Source: Dehalococcoidia bacterium
GTDB lineage: Bacteria > Chloroflexota > Dehalococcoidia > DSTF01 > RBG-16-68-14
Assembly: GCA_040882355.1 (NCBI GenBank)
Contig: JBBEBM010000078.1
Location: 1 to 55,624 of the forward strand
Length of the DNA stretch: 55,624 nucleotides
Direction: 5' to 3'
The translations under genes were made by a program, and so were the position numbers. Of this stretch, positions 53,538 through 55,624 are shown in pieces. Within the stretch, counting starts at the first letter, position 1; each line of letters opens with the position of its first letter. The notes under the pieces are model-generated. The model was not told the origin of the DNA, made no database searches, and worked only from the letters and a program-made list of their open reading frames with translations.

Positions 53538-54509
53538 CTACGCCGGCGCCCGCGCAGGCCTGCCCGGGATCTCGAGGTCGCGCGGCGGGGGCGCCGGGTT
53601 CGGCAGGCCGAACATCAGCCGGTTCGGCACGAGCTCGCGCAGCTCGGCGACCGTCCACATGCCATCCTTGGTGATCGAGCGCATCGGCACCTCCTCCTGT
53701 AAGAGGCCGATGGTGCCGCCGGCGACCGCGAAGAGCTTGCCGTTGATGTTCCACGCCTCGTCCGTGCACAGGTAGACGACCATCGGCGCGACGTACTCCG
53801 GCTCGCGCATCGGCGGCAGCGACTGCTGCTGCTGCGCCGCGGGCGCCGTCGTCTGGATGCCCGCCCGCGCCCGCAGCTCGCGCGAGCGGTCGGGCACCGT
53901 CGCGGTCATCCGTGTGGCGGCGCCCGGCGAGATCGCGTTGCAGGTGACGCCGTAGCGTCCGAGGTCGCGCGCGACGACGCGGGTGAAGCCGGCGATGCCC
54001 GCCTTCGCCGCGCCGTAGTTTGACTGGCCGGGGATGCCCGTCAGGCCAGACCCCGACGAGAAGTTGACGATCCGTCCGTAACGCTGCTGGCGGAAGATCA
54101 CCGAGGCCGGCCTGGTCGTGCAGAAGTGGCCCTTGAGGTGGACGGCGATCACCGCGTCCCACTCCTCTTCCGACATGTTGAAGATCATGCGGTCGCGCAG
54201 GATCCCGGCGACGTTGATCAGGATGTCAAGCCGCCCGAACGAGTCGAGCGCGGTCTTCACGATGCTCTCGCCACCCTCGACCGTCGCGACGGTGTTGAAG
54301 TTGGGGACGGCCTTGCCCCCGGCGGCGTTGATCTCGTCCGCGACCTCCTTGGCGGGCCCTTCGCTCGGCCGGGTGCCGTCCACTGCGACGCCGAAGTCGT
54401 TGACGACGACGCTCGCGCCCTCCTGCGCGAGCAGCAGCGCCACGCCCCGCCCGATGCCGCGACCCGCGCCGGTGACGATCGCCACCCGGTCCTTCAGTCG
54501 ATCAGGCAT
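53538..54509 (-). CDS. SDR family oxidoreductase (MFE-2/3-hydroxyacyl-CoA dehydrogenase-like)
   Basis: TGAGRGIG, VVVND, AGILRD, NYGAAK. Confidence 0.94.
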   Translation of the reverse strand: MPDRLKDRVAIVTGAGRGIGRGVALLLAQEGASVVVNDFGVAVDGTRPSEGPAKEVADEINAAGGKAVPNFNTVATVEGGESIVKTALDSFGRLDILINVAGILRDRMIFNMSEEEWDAVIAVHLKGHFCTTRPASVIFRQQRYGRIVNFSSGSGLTGIPGQSNYGAAKAGIAGFTRVVARDLGRYGVTCNAISPGAATRMTATVPDRSRELRARAGIQTTAPAAQQQQSLPPMREPEYVAPMVVYLCTDEAWNINGKLFAVAGGTIGLLQEEVPMRSITKDGMWTVAELRELVPNRLMFGLPNPAPPPRDLEIPGRPARAPA

Positions 54510-54515
54510 GACTCA

Positions 54516-54848
54516 TCACTTCGCGTATTTCGCCTGGTAGAGCTGGACCGGCCCGCCGCCCGGCAGCTCGAATGTCGTCACGCGGCCCCACTCCTCCTCG
54601 ACCACCGGCCCGAACTCGACGCCGCGCTTCGAGGCGTCCGCCATCGTCGCGTCGAGGTCGTCGGTGTAGAACGAGATGCCGTGGAACGCGCGGTCGGACG
54701 GGTGGCAGCCGACGTCGCCCCCAGGCAGGTCGAAGATCAGCCAGCCGTCGCCCGCGTCGGTGTACGGAAAGCCGAGCTTGTCGCGCAGGAACGCGCGAGC
54801 CGCGTCGGCGTCGGTGGTGTAGAACAGCGCGTGGACTCCCTTGATCAT
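54516..54848 (-). CDS. VOC/glyoxalase family protein
   Basis: DADAARAFLRDKLG...DAGDGWLIF, EEEWG..T.F.LPGG. Confidence 0.88.
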   Translation of the reverse strand: MIKGVHALFYTTDADAARAFLRDKLGFPYTDAGDGWLIFDLPGGDVGCHPSDRAFHGISFYTDDLDATMADASKRGVEFGPVVEEEWGRVTTFELPGGGPVQLYQAKYAK

Positions 54849-54857
54849 CGTTGGCTC

Positions 54858-55214
54858 CTAGTGCGGCCCGAGCGGCGTGCCCTGCCCGTACTTCCGCTGG
54901 TAAACCTGCGCCGCGCGTCCGTTCGGCAGCGAGATCTCGGTTACGCGGCCCCAGCTCTCCTCGCGGATCGGCTTTGCGCAGGCGACGCCGCGGCTCTCTA
55001 GATCGCTGATCGTGGCATCGATGTCGTCGCAGATGAACGAGAGCTGGTACGGCGGTGGGGCGGTCGTGCCGGCGGACAGCTCGATCTCGCTCGGTTCGAA
55101 GATGAGGAAGCCGCCGCCCGCGTCGTAGTTGGCCAACTCCAGCTTGTCACGCAGGAAGACGTACAGCTCATCAACGTCCTCGTTCACAATCTCGATGTGT
55201 ACGCCGGTAATCAT
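54858..55214 (-). CDS. VOC/glyoxalase family protein (paralog)
   Basis: MITGVH...FLRDKL...DAGGGFLIF...EESWGRVT; start overlaps the upstream SDR stop. Confidence 0.85.
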   Translation of the reverse strand: MITGVHIEIVNEDVDELYVFLRDKLELANYDAGGGFLIFEPSEIELSAGTTAPPPYQLSFICDDIDATISDLESRGVACAKPIREESWGRVTEISLPNGRAAQVYQRKYGQGTPLGPH

Positions 55215-55624
55215 GTGGTCCTCGCTTGCGCGCCCGCCGCGCCGTCGCCCTGCGCCTGGGCAGGACGCCCCGGGATCTCGAGGTCGGGCGGCGGCGGCGC
55301 CGGGTTGCTGATGCCCGCCATCAGGTGGCGCGGCACCAGGTCGCTCAGCTCGTCCAGCGTCCACATACCCGGCTTCCAGAGCGTGCGCGTCGCCTGCGGG
55401 TGGTTGAGCACGGAGACGCTGCCCCCCGCGACCGCGAAGACGTAGCCGTTGATGTTCCAGGCGTCGTCGCTGGCGAGATACGCGGCCATCGGCGCGACCA
55501 TCTCCGGCTCGCGGCCGGTCGGCGCGCGCGGCGCTTGCGCTGGTGGCGCTGCCGCTTGCCTGCCGGGGATCGTCGCCGTCATGCGCGTGGCGGCGCCCGG
55601 CGAGATCGCGTTGCAGGTGACGCC
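55211..55624 (-). CDS. SDR family oxidoreductase (3' part; paralog of 53538-54509)
   Basis: GVTCNAISPGAATRMT...AWNING..FAVAGG...NPAPPP.DLEIPGRP; runs off the window end. Confidence 0.88.
   Translation of the reverse strand, partial: GVTCNAISPGAATRMTATIPGRQAAAPPAQAPRAPTGREPEMVAPMAAYLASDDAWNINGYVFAVAGGSVSVLNHPQATRTLWKPGMWTLDELSDLVPRHLMAGISNPAPPPPDLEIPGRPAQAQGDGAAGAQARTT

Overview
A high-GC (about 70%) bacterial chromosome segment, most likely Chloroflexota (Dehalococcoidia-like; inferred from gene content and protein styles), with one 10-N scaffold gap at 44019-44028. Core genes are xerC (5'-partial), gltX, four tRNAs (Glu, Gln, Arg, Pro), a SufR-like regulator with mrp/apbC, argF and cdaA-cdaR-der-plsY. 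A PyrR-attenuated pyrimidine cluster (pyrR-pyrB-pyrC-carA-carB-pyrK, with pyrD 9.7 kb further on) has unrelated genes at every junction. Accessory content includes a DNA methyltransferase plus PD-(D/E)XK nuclease pair, VapBC and HEPN/MNT toxin-antitoxin pairs, an ECF sigma/anti-sigma pair, two LPxTG surface proteins and a lower-GC islet with a degenerate Mrr-like protein. The strongest unexplained signal is a set of short palindromic repeats. Some lie in frame inside xerC and pybB-type housekeeping coding sequence (xerC, pyrB), some supply stop codons, and some flank single cargo genes as direct repeats. Several are nested: the same 28-29 bp two-hairpin module sits in the loops of different host hairpins, with an empty copy next to filled ones. 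No CRISPR array, rRNA, transposase or reverse transcriptase is visible.
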